64,000 nt of DNA from Kosmotogaceae bacterium UBA1373. GTDB lineage: Bacteria; Thermotogota; Thermotogae; Petrotogales; Kosmotogaceae. The stretch is taken from positions 27,870-91,869 of the forward strand of contig DBRH01000012.1 of the NCBI GenBank assembly GCA_002305955.1. The letters are read 5' to 3'. The position numbers and the translations under genes are program-made. The notes under the pieces are model-generated. The model was not told the DNA's origin, did no database searches, and saw only the letters and a program-made list of their open reading frames with translations. Shown here piece after piece: positions 10,471 through 20,617 of this stretch (position 1 is the stretch's first letter; the number at the start of each line of letters is the position of its first letter).

Positions 10471-11865
10471 TTGAGAAAAGTCTGTTTCGTTGATACTACG
10501 ATGCGAGATGCGCATCAATCTTTACTGGCTACGAGGGTTACGACGGGTGAGCTTCTAGAGGTAGCTGCCCTGGTAGATAGAGTGGGTTACCACGCCGTCG
10601 AGGTCTGGGGAGGCGCGACCTTTGATTCCTGCGTGAGGTATTTGAACGAGAATCCCTGGGAAAGATTGGACGCTCTGAAGGGTGAGTTCAAGAACACAAA
10701 ACTCCAGATGCTTCTCAGGGGTCAAAACCTTCTCGGATACAGGAACTACGCGGATGATGTAGTCGATCTCTTCGTCGAAACGATGTCCAGGCACGGCATA
10801 GATATCGTCAGGGTCTTCGATGCGCTGAACGACTTCAGAAACCTCGAGAAATCGACTCAGGCCATCAAGAAGTACGACATGCATCTCCAGATAGCCATGT
10901 CCTATACCACTAGCCCGGTGCACAGTATCGAGTATTTCGTCGAGCTCTCCGACAGAGCGATCGAATTCGGTGCCGATTCGCTATGTATAAAGGACATGGC
11001 GGGCCTTCTAAAACCCGGTACGGCATACGAGCTCGTCTCGGAGATAAAGAAGCGGCATGCCATTCCCCTTGAAGTGCATTCCCATTTCACTACCGGCCTG
11101 GCCGACATGACTTACCTCAAGAGTGCGGAGGCCGGAGCCGACTATCTAGACACGGCAACCTCCTCTATGGCCTTCGGCACCTCGCAACCCGGTGTTGAGA
11201 GTCTCTGGACGGCACTGGCAGACATCGGGCTGGCAGAAAAGCCGGATTATAGATTGCTGGAAGAGATAAACGGTTACTTTGAAAAGGTTAGGAGAAACCA
11301 TAAAGGTACCGACGCCGGATTCACCATCAACACTTCCGTGCTTGAAAACCAGATCCCCGGAGGGATGTATTCGAACCTGATAAATCAGCTGAAAGCGCAG
11401 AACATGCAGGAAAGATTTCCCGAGGTTCTTGAAGAGGTTCCCAGAGTCAGAGAGGAGCTCGGCTATCCGCCACTGGTTACCCCCACCTCGCAGATCGTCG
11501 GTGTTCAGGCGGTTCTCAACGTTATAACAGGCGAGAGGTACAAGATGATAACCAAAGAGGTGGAGAAATATATCAAAGGACTTTACGGCAAACCACCCGC
11601 AGATGTCTTCTCCGAATTGAAGAAGAGAGTTCTCGGAGATGGTGAACCCATATCTTTCAGACCGGGCGATGCGATAGAACCGGAGGTGGAGAAGGGCAGG
11701 AAAGAACTGGGTCTGCTTGCCAGGAACGACGAGGATCTCTTGATATATCTCCTGCTCGGAGAGGTCGGCAAGAAGTATCTTTACGAGAAGTACAGGGAAG
11801 ACCTGAAGATAGATTTCGATATTGCCAGGGATTATCAGGACGGTATGACGGTTTATCCAGTTTAA
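10471..11865 (+). CDS. oxaloacetate decarboxylase alpha / transcarboxylase 5S-type carboxyltransferase subunit (no biotinyl domain)
   Basis: 464 aa. Begins VCFVDTTMRDAHQSLLATR (HMGL-like carboxyltransferase barrel). Ends without an AMKM biotin domain. TTG start. Confidence 0.85.
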   Translation: MRKVCFVDTTMRDAHQSLLATRVTTGELLEVAALVDRVGYHAVEVWGGATFDSCVRYLNENPWERLDALKGEFKNTKLQMLLRGQNLLGYRNYADDVVDLFVETMSRHGIDIVRVFDALNDFRNLEKSTQAIKKYDMHLQIAMSYTTSPVHSIEYFVELSDRAIEFGADSLCIKDMAGLLKPGTAYELVSEIKKRHAIPLEVHSHFTTGLADMTYLKSAEAGADYLDTATSSMAFGTSQPGVESLWTALADIGLAEKPDYRLLEEINGYFEKVRRNHKGTDAGFTINTSVLENQIPGGMYSNLINQLKAQNMQERFPEVLEEVPRVREELGYPPLVTPTSQIVGVQAVLNVITGERYKMITKEVEKYIKGLYGKPPADVFSELKKRVLGDGEPISFRPGDAIEPEVEKGRKELGLLARNDEDLLIYLLLGEVGKKYLYEKYREDLKIDFDIARDYQDGMTVYPV

Positions 11866-12074
11866 AGTACGGTTTTGAAAGCGAAACAAATGAAACCATA
11901 TTCGATTTTCTAAAGAAGAGAAAACATACAGTATTTCCACTTATACGCCTCTAATTGCCCGTGGGTAAGATTTTTCTCACTGCCACAGTGTGAACATTAA
12001 TAATTAGAAGACTGGATTTCTGGTAAAATTTTTGTAAGGCGATACGCCAATAACCACAAAGGAGGTTCTAAAGA

Positions 12075-13265
12075 ATGAAAAAACTCACGGCAGTTCTTAT
12101 CATTCTGCTTGTAGCTATGTCTTTTGCCAGTGCAAAGCTCGTCATCTGGTCTTCGGAAAATCAGATACCCGCACTCGAAAAACTTGCTGCAGATTTTGAA
12201 AGCGACTACGGTATTCAGGTCGAGATACAACAGGTGAATTTCGGCGACATTAAATCGAAGTTTCTAACGGCCGCTCCGGCCGGAGAGGGACCGGACATAA
12301 TAGTCGGTGCCCACGACTGGGTAGGAGAACTGGCCATCAACGGTCTTATCGAACCGATTCCCTTCCTTCCCGACAGAGAGCAGTATTACGAAGTTGCTCT
12401 GGATGCTTTCAATTACGGCGGGAAACTTTACGGAGTTCCATACACGATCGAAGCCATAGCGATCATTTACAACAAAGACCTGGTTTTCGACGTACCCAAA
12501 ACACTGACAGAGCTAGAACAGCTCGCCCTTGAAGCCAGCGATGACGAAGTGGTCGGCTTTATCTACACAGCCGGAGACTTCTATCACTCGGCTCCCTTCA
12601 TACTGGGAAGAGGCGGATATATATTCAAGGAAACATCTGCCGGACAGGATGTCAAAGATATCGGCCTTAGCAACCAGGGTGCGGTCGCCGGTGGTAATTT
12701 GATTAAGTCCTGGTTCGACAAGGGGCTCATCCCCGGCGGACCGAACTACAACCTCATGGATTCTCTGTTCAAGGATGGACTGGCGGCCTTCATCGTCAAC
12801 GGTATATGGGCTACACCGAGCTACAGAGACGCCGGAATCGACTATGCTATAATTCCTTTCAGCGAAATTGCCTTCGACGACGGCACCACGCCGAGACCCT
12901 TCGTCGGAGTTCAGGGGTTCATGATAAACGCCAAATCTTCGAACAAACTCGAAGCCACAGAATTCGTGGTCAATTACATCGGTAGCTACGAAGGTCAGTA
13001 CGGTATGTTCCTTGGTGAGAGAAGGGGAACGGCCAGAGCCGACGTATTTGCGTTCATTGAAGCGGGCGCCGGTCCGGAGCTTTACGATGTTCTTCAGTTC
13101 TCCAAGAGCGCTTCCGTCGGTACCCCGATGCCGAACGTTCCGGAAATGGCAAGTGTCTGGGGAGCCATGGGTGACGCGCTTGGCCTCATAATCAACGGCC
13201 AGGACACCGTGGAAAACGCGTTGAGCGCAGCAGTTGAAAAGATCAAGACCACTATAGGCAATTGA
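12075..13265 (+). CDS. malE: maltose/maltodextrin-binding periplasmic protein
   Basis: 396 aa. Signal sequence MKKLTAVLIILLVAMSFASA. KLVIWSS..., GPDIIVGAHDWVGEL and GVPY motifs of the MalE family. AAAGGAGG RBS. Confidence 0.85.
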   Translation: MKKLTAVLIILLVAMSFASAKLVIWSSENQIPALEKLAADFESDYGIQVEIQQVNFGDIKSKFLTAAPAGEGPDIIVGAHDWVGELAINGLIEPIPFLPDREQYYEVALDAFNYGGKLYGVPYTIEAIAIIYNKDLVFDVPKTLTELEQLALEASDDEVVGFIYTAGDFYHSAPFILGRGGYIFKETSAGQDVKDIGLSNQGAVAGGNLIKSWFDKGLIPGGPNYNLMDSLFKDGLAAFIVNGIWATPSYRDAGIDYAIIPFSEIAFDDGTTPRPFVGVQGFMINAKSSNKLEATEFVVNYIGSYEGQYGMFLGERRGTARADVFAFIEAGAGPELYDVLQFSKSASVGTPMPNVPEMASVWGAMGDALGLIINGQDTVENALSAAVEKIKTTIGN

Positions 13266-13301
13266 TTCTATTCTTATCACATCTCTAAACATGGTTAGGC
13301 T

Positions 13302-13326
13302 GAGCGCGGGGCTATTCCCCGCGCTC
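13302..13326 (+). other. intercistronic GC-rich stem-loop between malE and malF
   Basis: GAGCGCGGGG-CTATT-CCCCGCGCTC, a perfect 10-bp stem with no clear U-run. Confidence 0.6.
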
Positions 13327-13335
13327 TGGTTCTAA

Positions 13336-15096
13336 TTGCCTGGAGGGATTACCTTGAGTGGAAGACGTTTTGCCGCATTTCTCGTTTTTCTGGCTATTTT
13401 AGCCATTTTCAACGGTTTCGCGTTGTGGAGTATCTATCTACTCTATGCAGACGGAAATTTCGGCCTGATGGTTACCATGGTGATTCTTACGCTTCTCATA
13501 GATTTGATCGCGCTTAATCCTAAAGGATACCCGTACAGATACATGATCCCAGCTATGGTTCTCCTTTTCATTCTCACTCTATACCCCATGTATTACACGT
13601 TCAGAACTGCTTTCACCAATTACGGCACCGGGCATCTCTTCACCAGGCAACAGTCTATTCAAAAATTGTTGAGCGACTACTTCTATATTCCTGAAAAACC
13701 GCAAGAGTACGAGTTTTCCATATATATACAGCTCAAAGACTACAACCCGACCGATAACTTCATAACTCTACTCCAGTCGAAAGAAAGCGGAGAGCTTTTT
13801 GCCGCCCCGAGACCGCAGGCGATAAACAGGGATGCGACTGGAAATATAACTCTTGCCACTGCCAAAATGCTTGAAATCAAGGGTGATACATTTTCGATCG
13901 GCGGCGTCAACTATTCACTATCCCGCTCGCCGACGGGGAGTGTCCTGGCTATAAGGTCGGATACAGGGGAGCGTTTCGTCTATTTCTACTCGCCACAGGA
14001 CCAATCGACAAGACCGAACGCATCCTTTTATTTCAGCGAAATAAGGGGTGTCTGGCTTCGCAACGCCGAGTTCACCGATAGCGAAGGCAACCAGGTAAGA
14101 CTCTTTCCAAACTCCCTTTACACCACTTTTGCGACAACGGAAAGAAAATACGCTTTGAGAGCCGAAACGGTTTTCTCAGCCGGCAGGGCTATTCAAGAAA
14201 CGGTTGTGTACAACAGACAGACGGGAAGAAAGCTCGTTGAAGAGGGCGGCTTCTTTTACGATGTCGATGAAAATGGAAACGATATCACTGTAGAAGGTTA
14301 TATATCGGATGTCGGGTTCTGGAACTTCGTCAGGATGTTCCGTGACCCGAAGATCAGCAAGCCCTTCTTTCAGGTGTTCGGCTGGACTTTCACCTGGGCC
14401 GGGCTCAGTGTTTTCTTCTCTTTCACAATCGGTCTGGCTCTTGCAATGACGCTCAACGACCGCAGGTTGAAAGGGAAGAAAATCTACCGAACCCTCATGA
14501 TCATACCGTGGGCGGTTCCGGCGTTCATATCGGCCCTTGTGTGGAGAAACGGTTTCTTCAACGAGACTTACGGTGTTCTCAACAGATTCATAGTACAGGG
14601 GCTTTTCGGTCTGGAACCGATTAAATGGTTAAACGACGCTTTCTGGGCAAAAGTATCCGTTCTCATCGTAAATACCTGGCTGGGTTTCCCGTACATGATG
14701 ACCGTCAGCCTTGGGGCGCTTCAAAGTATTCCCGAGGAGTTTTACGAAGCATCTTCGATCGATGGCGCAACCCGGTTGCAGAGATTTAAAAAGATCACCT
14801 TTCCTCTGCTGATGGTTACGGTGGCTCCTCTGCTGGTCGGGAGTTTCGCCTTCAACTTCAACAACTTCACGGGGATATATCTGGTGACCCAGGGAGGTCC
14901 GGCGATCGTGGGCGCATCCACGCCGGCCGGAGCGACGGATATACTGATCTCTTACACTTTCAAGCTGGCCTTTGAGGGGAGAGGTCAGGACTTCGGCTTT
15001 GCCAGCGCCATTTCGATCATCATTTTCATAATCGTTGCCGGATTCAGCTGGATTAACTTCAAGCTTTCCGGTTCCTTTGAAGAGGTGAGCAGATAA
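13336..15096 (+). CDS. malF: maltose ABC transporter permease MalF
   Basis: 586 aa. EAA loop EASSIDGATRLQRFKKITFPLL. Long periplasmic loop after the third TM, as in MalF. TTG start (a second TTG at 13354 is possible). Confidence 0.85.
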   Translation: MPGGITLSGRRFAAFLVFLAILAIFNGFALWSIYLLYADGNFGLMVTMVILTLLIDLIALNPKGYPYRYMIPAMVLLFILTLYPMYYTFRTAFTNYGTGHLFTRQQSIQKLLSDYFYIPEKPQEYEFSIYIQLKDYNPTDNFITLLQSKESGELFAAPRPQAINRDATGNITLATAKMLEIKGDTFSIGGVNYSLSRSPTGSVLAIRSDTGERFVYFYSPQDQSTRPNASFYFSEIRGVWLRNAEFTDSEGNQVRLFPNSLYTTFATTERKYALRAETVFSAGRAIQETVVYNRQTGRKLVEEGGFFYDVDENGNDITVEGYISDVGFWNFVRMFRDPKISKPFFQVFGWTFTWAGLSVFFSFTIGLALAMTLNDRRLKGKKIYRTLMIIPWAVPAFISALVWRNGFFNETYGVLNRFIVQGLFGLEPIKWLNDAFWAKVSVLIVNTWLGFPYMMTVSLGALQSIPEEFYEASSIDGATRLQRFKKITFPLLMVTVAPLLVGSFAFNFNNFTGIYLVTQGGPAIVGASTPAGATDILISYTFKLAFEGRGQDFGFASAISIIIFIIVAGFSWINFKLSGSFEEVSR

Positions 15097-17867
15097 TGGC
15101 CGTCGAGAGAAGAATTTACTGGTTGAGACATCTAGTACTTATAGCCGTTGTCGTGATAGTTCTCTTTCCGATGGTATGGCTGGTGAGCACATCTATAAGG
15201 CGCGATCAGGCGGCCTTTTCATCGAACCTCTTTTCCAGTAGAGTGACTCTCCAGCATTACAGGAACCTGCTATTACCCGAGAGAAGCGTCGGAAGATTGA
15301 TTTTGGATTTACAGAGTGCCACCTACGCTACAGGAGATTACCGGGGAAAGAGTCAGGAAGAGCTCAAAAAAAACGTTGAGAGTTACCTGGCCAAATTCGA
15401 TTCTCTCATGGAAGAAAGCCAGAGAATGGTGTCGAACATCGAATCGGGTATGGCGGAAATAGAGAAAGACGTCGTAAGCAAAGAGAAGCAGATACTCCTC
15501 GAGATGAACGAGATAAGAATTAAAGACAAAGAGCTTTTCGAAAACCGTTTGAAACAGATCGGTACTTTTGAAGAGCCCCAGATGGCCTATGCTGTCGGCA
15601 GGATTCTCGAGACCACCGTTCCATCTCTGGAAGGAGTTTATCCCTTCTACACCGATCTTCTCGGAGAACGGGCAGCTCCGATAACTGAAGCTATGGAAGG
15701 CTACAGGCAGATGTACGAGAGTACACTGAAATACCGCGATGAGACTCTAAAGGCGCTCGTCGGGTTAGAGTTTGAGAACCGTGAAGAAGTGATAACATCA
15801 CTGAATTCGATAGACAAATACATCTCTCTTTCTTCCGTGGACTACTCCGAGTGGAGGAGGGTGGAATGGTTAAGGGTAATCAACAGGTATTTGCGTGAAG
15901 TGGAGAGTTCTCTTCCGGAAATGGAAGCCTCTGTTCTTAATCAGGCGAGAACAAACCTTTACGAATCTTTCAGGGCGGCCGGAGATTCCTGGGAAGCGGT
16001 TCTAACATCCAACGGGGAAGTTTCACAGGAGCTCTCATCCCTTGCCGGTGAAGCTTTCGGTTCCGGTTATTATAAATACATCGAAGCAAGCGAGGTTCTT
16101 TCAGGCATGGAAAACTCCATAGTGGAACTCAAAAAAACCCTTGCCGTTTCAGAATCTGCCGTTCTGGAACTCGAAGACTCGTTCGAGATAGCTATTCCAA
16201 CTGTGATATCCGAAACCAGGAAACTGTCGGCCTTGATTCCCCCATTTGAGCTAGTGGCCTCAAAAGGTATCGAAAGCAGCGACCCGGTCTCAGGCGCCAA
16301 ACTGACAGGCTCGCTAGATGGGGTTCTGTCGGCCAGGGAAACCATAAATCTAGTGAACGGTCAGCTGGCAGGTATGAAGAATGTTGAGGAACTCTCTTCA
16401 GAGCTTTCCGATCTTTCATCGAAACTCTCCTGGTTCGTCGATAACAGAGAAGTGCTCATGAAAGCCTCGGGCAACTCTGAGATCTCCAAGGGAGCCGATG
16501 TGATCAATATAGCCCTGTCGAATCTTTCGAGAGTCTTGCCGGTTCTCCAGACCAGTGTTTCCGAGTATCTTGAGGTTTCGAAGAGTGCCGAAGAGTCTAA
16601 ATCCAGGCTGCAGACTCTGGAAGGCGAGAAGGAAAAACTGCTAGATACGATTTCAAATCACGAAGAAGAGGCGAGAAAGGCCGAAGAGTCTTACGTGCAT
16701 GCACTGGAAGCTATTAACATAAGGTCGGCGATGCTTTACACGGACCGGGAGATCCTCTCGATAGAAGAGGCCAGAAATTACGTTTTGAATTTAACGAACG
16801 TTCTGAACAGCTATTTCAATATCAAAGCCCCCGTACGCTACCGGACGCTGGTATGGTACGACGACTTCGCCAAGGCCGACACCGAGGCAAGAGATGGCAC
16901 CGTTCTGTTGAAAGAGTTGATATCTTCGATGAGAGTGATGAAGGACGATCTCGCTTCGAAGATAGAGAACTATATAGAACTCAGGTTTCTGGGAACATCG
17001 ATAACGCTCGACGATTTCGGGAAGATGCAGGAAACGTACAACTCTCTCTTCCAGCAGGTCAACGCCAAGTATCAAAGGGCGTCCAGACTGATTTCAGACC
17101 TTATAGAAAAACCCACTTCTTATTCCGAATCGTACGCGGCCGAACTCAGAGAAGCGGATAAAGCCCTTTTCAGGGCGAACCAGATCTGGGTTCAGAAAGA
17201 GAGCACGTACTTCTATTTTGTCAGATGGCTTCTGAACTCCGTCATAGTGGCGCTGGCCGTTGCACTCATAAGTGTTACGGTCGCTGCTCTGGCCGCGTAC
17301 CCATTCAGTAGAATGAGATTCCCAGGCAGGAAACAGGGACTTCTGGCACTGCTTCTGGTTCAAATGTTTCCATCGATCATGTTCATGGTTGCCCTGTACG
17401 CGTTGCTTCAATTCCTGGGAAGCGTTGTTCCCTTCCTGGGGCTCAACACTCTCGGAGGTTTGATATTCGTGTATTCCGGGGGGATCGCATTCAACATATG
17501 GCTCATAAAGGGTTATTACGACACGATATCTAATTCGCTGGAAGAGGCCGCCATGATCGATGGAGCAACGAAATTCCAGGCCTTCACCAAGGTCATTCTA
17601 CCCCTTGCCAGACCCATTCTGGCGGTGGTTGCGATACTGACCTTCATGAATATTTTCAACGAATATCTCATCGCAAGAATAATCCTTCAGGATATGAACA
17701 AATGGACGTATGCCGTCGGCCTCTGGCAGTTTTCCGGTAGGTTTGAAACCAGCTGGGGGCCATTCACAGCGGCCGCCTTGATAGGTGCGGTTCCGATGGT
17801 CATTTTCTTCCTGGTTTTGCAGGATTACATAGTCGGAGGCCTCACACAGGGTGGCGTGAAAGAGTAA
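15096..17867 (+). CDS. malG: maltose ABC transporter permease MalG with about 640-aa periplasmic insertion
   Basis: 923 aa. The first about 60 aa and the last about 220 aa are colinear with E. coli MalG as I recall it (RMRFPGRK, GLNTLGGLIFVY, EEAAMIDGATKFQAF, GGLTQGGVKE). The ATG overlaps the malF stop (ATAATG). Confidence 0.8.
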   Translation: MAVERRIYWLRHLVLIAVVVIVLFPMVWLVSTSIRRDQAAFSSNLFSSRVTLQHYRNLLLPERSVGRLILDLQSATYATGDYRGKSQEELKKNVESYLAKFDSLMEESQRMVSNIESGMAEIEKDVVSKEKQILLEMNEIRIKDKELFENRLKQIGTFEEPQMAYAVGRILETTVPSLEGVYPFYTDLLGERAAPITEAMEGYRQMYESTLKYRDETLKALVGLEFENREEVITSLNSIDKYISLSSVDYSEWRRVEWLRVINRYLREVESSLPEMEASVLNQARTNLYESFRAAGDSWEAVLTSNGEVSQELSSLAGEAFGSGYYKYIEASEVLSGMENSIVELKKTLAVSESAVLELEDSFEIAIPTVISETRKLSALIPPFELVASKGIESSDPVSGAKLTGSLDGVLSARETINLVNGQLAGMKNVEELSSELSDLSSKLSWFVDNREVLMKASGNSEISKGADVINIALSNLSRVLPVLQTSVSEYLEVSKSAEESKSRLQTLEGEKEKLLDTISNHEEEARKAEESYVHALEAINIRSAMLYTDREILSIEEARNYVLNLTNVLNSYFNIKAPVRYRTLVWYDDFAKADTEARDGTVLLKELISSMRVMKDDLASKIENYIELRFLGTSITLDDFGKMQETYNSLFQQVNAKYQRASRLISDLIEKPTSYSESYAAELREADKALFRANQIWVQKESTYFYFVRWLLNSVIVALAVALISVTVAALAAYPFSRMRFPGRKQGLLALLLVQMFPSIMFMVALYALLQFLGSVVPFLGLNTLGGLIFVYSGGIAFNIWLIKGYYDTISNSLEEAAMIDGATKFQAFTKVILPLARPILAVVAILTFMNIFNEYLIARIILQDMNKWTYAVGLWQFSGRFETSWGPFTAAALIGAVPMVIFFLVLQDYIVGGLTQGGVKE

Positions 17868-17876
17868 TTCCAACGA

Positions 17877-17904
17877 CGGGGCGGATCTCTCCGCCCCGCT
17901 TTTA
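17877..17904 (+). terminator. intrinsic terminator after malG
   Basis: CGGGGCGGA-TCTC-TCCGCCCCG followed by CTTTTAT. Confidence 0.75.
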
Positions 17905-17914
17905 TGGAGGTTTT

Positions 17915-19099
17915 ATGGAACTCGTCTTTCCCGACTACGAAGGAAGTTCGATAGTGAATTTCTCGGCTGGCCTTCTGGAACACTTTATGGCCCAGCGCCC
18001 CGATGGTAGCGTTCCCTACTCATTTGAATCCAACAAAATTGACCTTTCAGGATCGGAGAAGGTAGTGGTCTTCGTGATCGATGCGCTAGGGTACTTCAAT
18101 CTCCTGAGGATAATGGAGGAAAACTCTTTCAGACTCTTCTCCAGAGAGGATATCAGAATACTCACATCGGTCTTTCCCTCGACCACCACGGCGGCGTTGA
18201 CATCGATATTCACCGCAAACACCCCATCCAGGCACGGTTTTCTTGGGTATCTGTTGAACATACCCGAGTACGGTGGTCTGGTAAACATGATAGAACTGAC
18301 TCCATACACACAGGACAGAGACAATCTGACCAGACTGGGTTTCGATCCTTTGAAATATATAGAGCGGCAAACCATCTTCGAATCGCTGAAAGAAGCCGGT
18401 GTCAGAGGTTACCACCTCACTTCGAAGAGCTTCGTGAACACAGGATTAACCAGAATGCATACCCGCGGCGGGATCGCCAGGGGAGCGCATGGGATTGGAG
18501 ATATACTCGAGGAACTGAAGATAGTTCTGGATTCTGAGGAAGCCAGCAGTCTCACAATAGTTTACTGGGGCTTGATAGACACCTACGGTCACAGATATGG
18601 CCCGGAATCGCTGGCTTATTCGGTCGAAACGACGGCTTTGATCCGCTCCATAGAAGATTTTTTCGATAGGTATGTGGAGCCGGGAACGAGCTTTTTCATC
18701 ACCGCCGATCACGGCCAGATTCAAACGCCATGGGACAGGGAGATCTGGTGGTCGAAGTTCGATAGATCTTTTGAACACATGTATTCGATGCCCGGTGGTG
18801 AACAGAGAATGGCCTATATATACACCAGCGATCGGGAGAAGACGCAGGAGGTTCTTGAGGAGCTTTACGGCGATTCTCTCCTCGTAATTCCTACGGACAG
18901 CCTCGACTGGAAGAGGTATTTTGGCGGTGAGATGTCGAACACTCTCAAAAAGAGAGTCGGAGAGCTGATCACCATTTCGAAGGAAGATTACTCTTTCTGT
19001 TTCAAATACACCGGCCAGGAACACTCACTAAAAGGCCGTCACGGTGGATTGTCGCCCGAGGAGATGTATGTTCCTCTGATATTTCTCAAAAAGGGCTAA
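17915..19099 (+). CDS. alkaline-phosphatase-superfamily protein (type I phosphodiesterase / nucleotide pyrophosphatase-like)
   Basis: 394 aa. VVFVIDALGY, FPSTTTAALTS (nucleophile region), DTYGHRYGP and ITADHGQ motifs. Confidence 0.7.
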   Translation: MELVFPDYEGSSIVNFSAGLLEHFMAQRPDGSVPYSFESNKIDLSGSEKVVVFVIDALGYFNLLRIMEENSFRLFSREDIRILTSVFPSTTTAALTSIFTANTPSRHGFLGYLLNIPEYGGLVNMIELTPYTQDRDNLTRLGFDPLKYIERQTIFESLKEAGVRGYHLTSKSFVNTGLTRMHTRGGIARGAHGIGDILEELKIVLDSEEASSLTIVYWGLIDTYGHRYGPESLAYSVETTALIRSIEDFFDRYVEPGTSFFITADHGQIQTPWDREIWWSKFDRSFEHMYSMPGGEQRMAYIYTSDREKTQEVLEELYGDSLLVIPTDSLDWKRYFGGEMSNTLKKRVGELITISKEDYSFCFKYTGQEHSLKGRHGGLSPEEMYVPLIFLKKG

Positions 19100-19746
19100 G
19101 TCTTTCGGGGATTTCTCCTGTCCCAGTTGAGTTCGGCAACGGACTTTTGAAGATAGACGGGTTCAAGATCGATGCCGGAAAGTATCTTCCCGCTCCTGAA
19201 AGCCTCCAGCGCGACCTTTTGCATCGAAGTGGGCGACGGTTCCACGAGGAAGGTTCTATATTCTTTAAAATCCGCAAGTTCCTCGGTTCTTTCCGAACAT
19301 ACTATGGTTGACTTATCTAGCTTCCCTTTAATCTCCGCCGTAGAGCTGAAAAGCGTTTCACCGGGTCTCTTCTTGAGATACGCCCGCCAGTAGAAGTGGC
19401 CCTCTCTGCCCTTTCTGCAGATTACGAAGTCATCGAAATCCATCCCTTCGGCCAGCGGACCGAGTGAATTGAAAGGAGCCACGGGGATGTTGTGCGGCAG
19501 GGAGAGCCCCTTTATGGTAGACAACCCCACTCTCAGACCGGTCAACGATCCGGGACCGACGCCCGCTCCGAGAAAGTCCAGATCGGCGGGGGAGATCTCC
19601 AGTAGATCAAGAGACTGCTTGATAACAACGGCCAGCATGGATCCGTGACGGTCCAGATCTTTCAAAGAAAGGTTGATATCGCCTTTGCCGTTGCTGGCCG
19701 AAAGCAGCAGGGTTCTGGATGAGGTATCGACAATCAGATATTTCAT
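19096..19746 (-). CDS. tsaB: tRNA t6A biosynthesis protein TsaB (YeaZ)
   Basis: 216 aa. MKYLIVDTSS start and GVGPGSLTGLRVGLS motif. Confidence 0.85.
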   Translation of the reverse strand: MKYLIVDTSSRTLLLSASNGKGDINLSLKDLDRHGSMLAVVIKQSLDLLEISPADLDFLGAGVGPGSLTGLRVGLSTIKGLSLPHNIPVAPFNSLGPLAEGMDFDDFVICRKGREGHFYWRAYLKKRPGETLFSSTAEIKGKLDKSTIVCSERTEELADFKEYRTFLVEPSPTSMQKVALEAFRSGKILSGIDLEPVYLQKSVAELNWDRRNPRKT

Positions 19747-19753
19747 ACGCAGT

Positions 19754-20617
19754 TCAATTGAGGTTTTTGAAGCCTTCGCCGAAGACTTCGGAGTTGTTGA
19801 CCAGAATGACGAAGGCCTTTTTGTCGATGGCTTTGACTATGTGTCTCAACTGGCCAATTTCGCGCCGTCGTAGCGAAACCATCAGTACGGGCCGCTCTTC
19901 GCCTGTGAATCCACCTGTGGCTTTGATCATCGTGGTTCCCCTTTCCATCTCGCTTATTATCCTGTCCTTTATCTCGGTGCTGTGTACACTCACTACGAAG
20001 GCCGTTCTCGTGTTTCCTATACCCTCGATGATCGCGTCGATAGTTTTGCTGGTCGTGAATATGGTAATTATTCCGTACATGGCAGCTATGGGACCGAAGA
20101 CGACGATCGCGAAGATAGTTATCAACGAGTCGCTTATGAAGAGCCCGGATCCAGTGCTGAAACTGAAGTACTTTGCCAGTATCATGGCAACGATATCCGT
20201 TCCGCCCGTGGAGGCTCCCCTCCAAAGGACCAGTCCCATTCCGACTCCCGCTACCACCCCTCCGTAGATCGCAGCGAGTAGGAAGCCATCCTGAGTGGAA
20301 GCGGCGTCCAGATATGGAAAATGTAGCTTCTGCATTATGTCTACGGTCAGCGACATAAGTATCGCGGAGTATATGGACTTTATTCCGAAGCCGATTCCGA
20401 GAACCACGAAGGCCAGCGCAAACAGGAAAATGTTGTAAACCAGCATTTGGGCGCCAACCCAGAAACCGAAAATTCTGTAAAGGATTATCGCCAGACCGCT
20501 AACCCCGCCGGCGATGATGTTGTTTGGAATCATGAACGAGACGATCGCCACGGACGTCAGAATCGAGCCTATCGTTATAAGCGAATAATCAAGCAGGGTC
20601 TTTCTCAGAGCCGTCAT
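19754..20617 (-). CDS. YitT-family membrane protein (C-terminal DUF2179-like domain)
   Basis: 287 aa. Multi-TM N-terminal part with [10 protein letters not shown], plus a soluble C-terminal domain. Overlaps the dnaJ stop by 4 nt. Confidence 0.75.
   Translation of the reverse strand: MTALRKTLLDYSLITIGSILTSVAIVSFMIPNNIIAGGVSGLAIILYRIFGFWVGAQMLVYNIFLFALAFVVLGIGFGIKSIYSAILMSLTVDIMQKLHFPYLDAASTQDGFLLAAIYGGVVAGVGMGLVLWRGASTGGTDIVAMILAKYFSFSTGSGLFISDSLITIFAIVVFGPIAAMYGIITIFTTSKTIDAIIEGIGNTRTAFVVSVHSTEIKDRIISEMERGTTMIKATGGFTGEERPVLMVSLRRREIGQLRHIVKAIDKKAFVILVNNSEVFGEGFKNLN

Noticed and set aside
11978-11990. Small palindrome CACTG-CCA-CAGTG upstream of malE as a possible regulator site.
   Set aside because: It has only 5-bp arms, and I know of no matching mal regulator consensus. 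It is indistinguishable from chance.
12021-12035. TGGTAAAATTTTTGT, 40 nt upstream of malE, has correct -24/-12 spacing.
   Set aside because: The near-invariant GC of the -12 element is GT and the -24 element is TGGTA. Without an activator site or other evidence this is most likely chance in an AT-rich leader.
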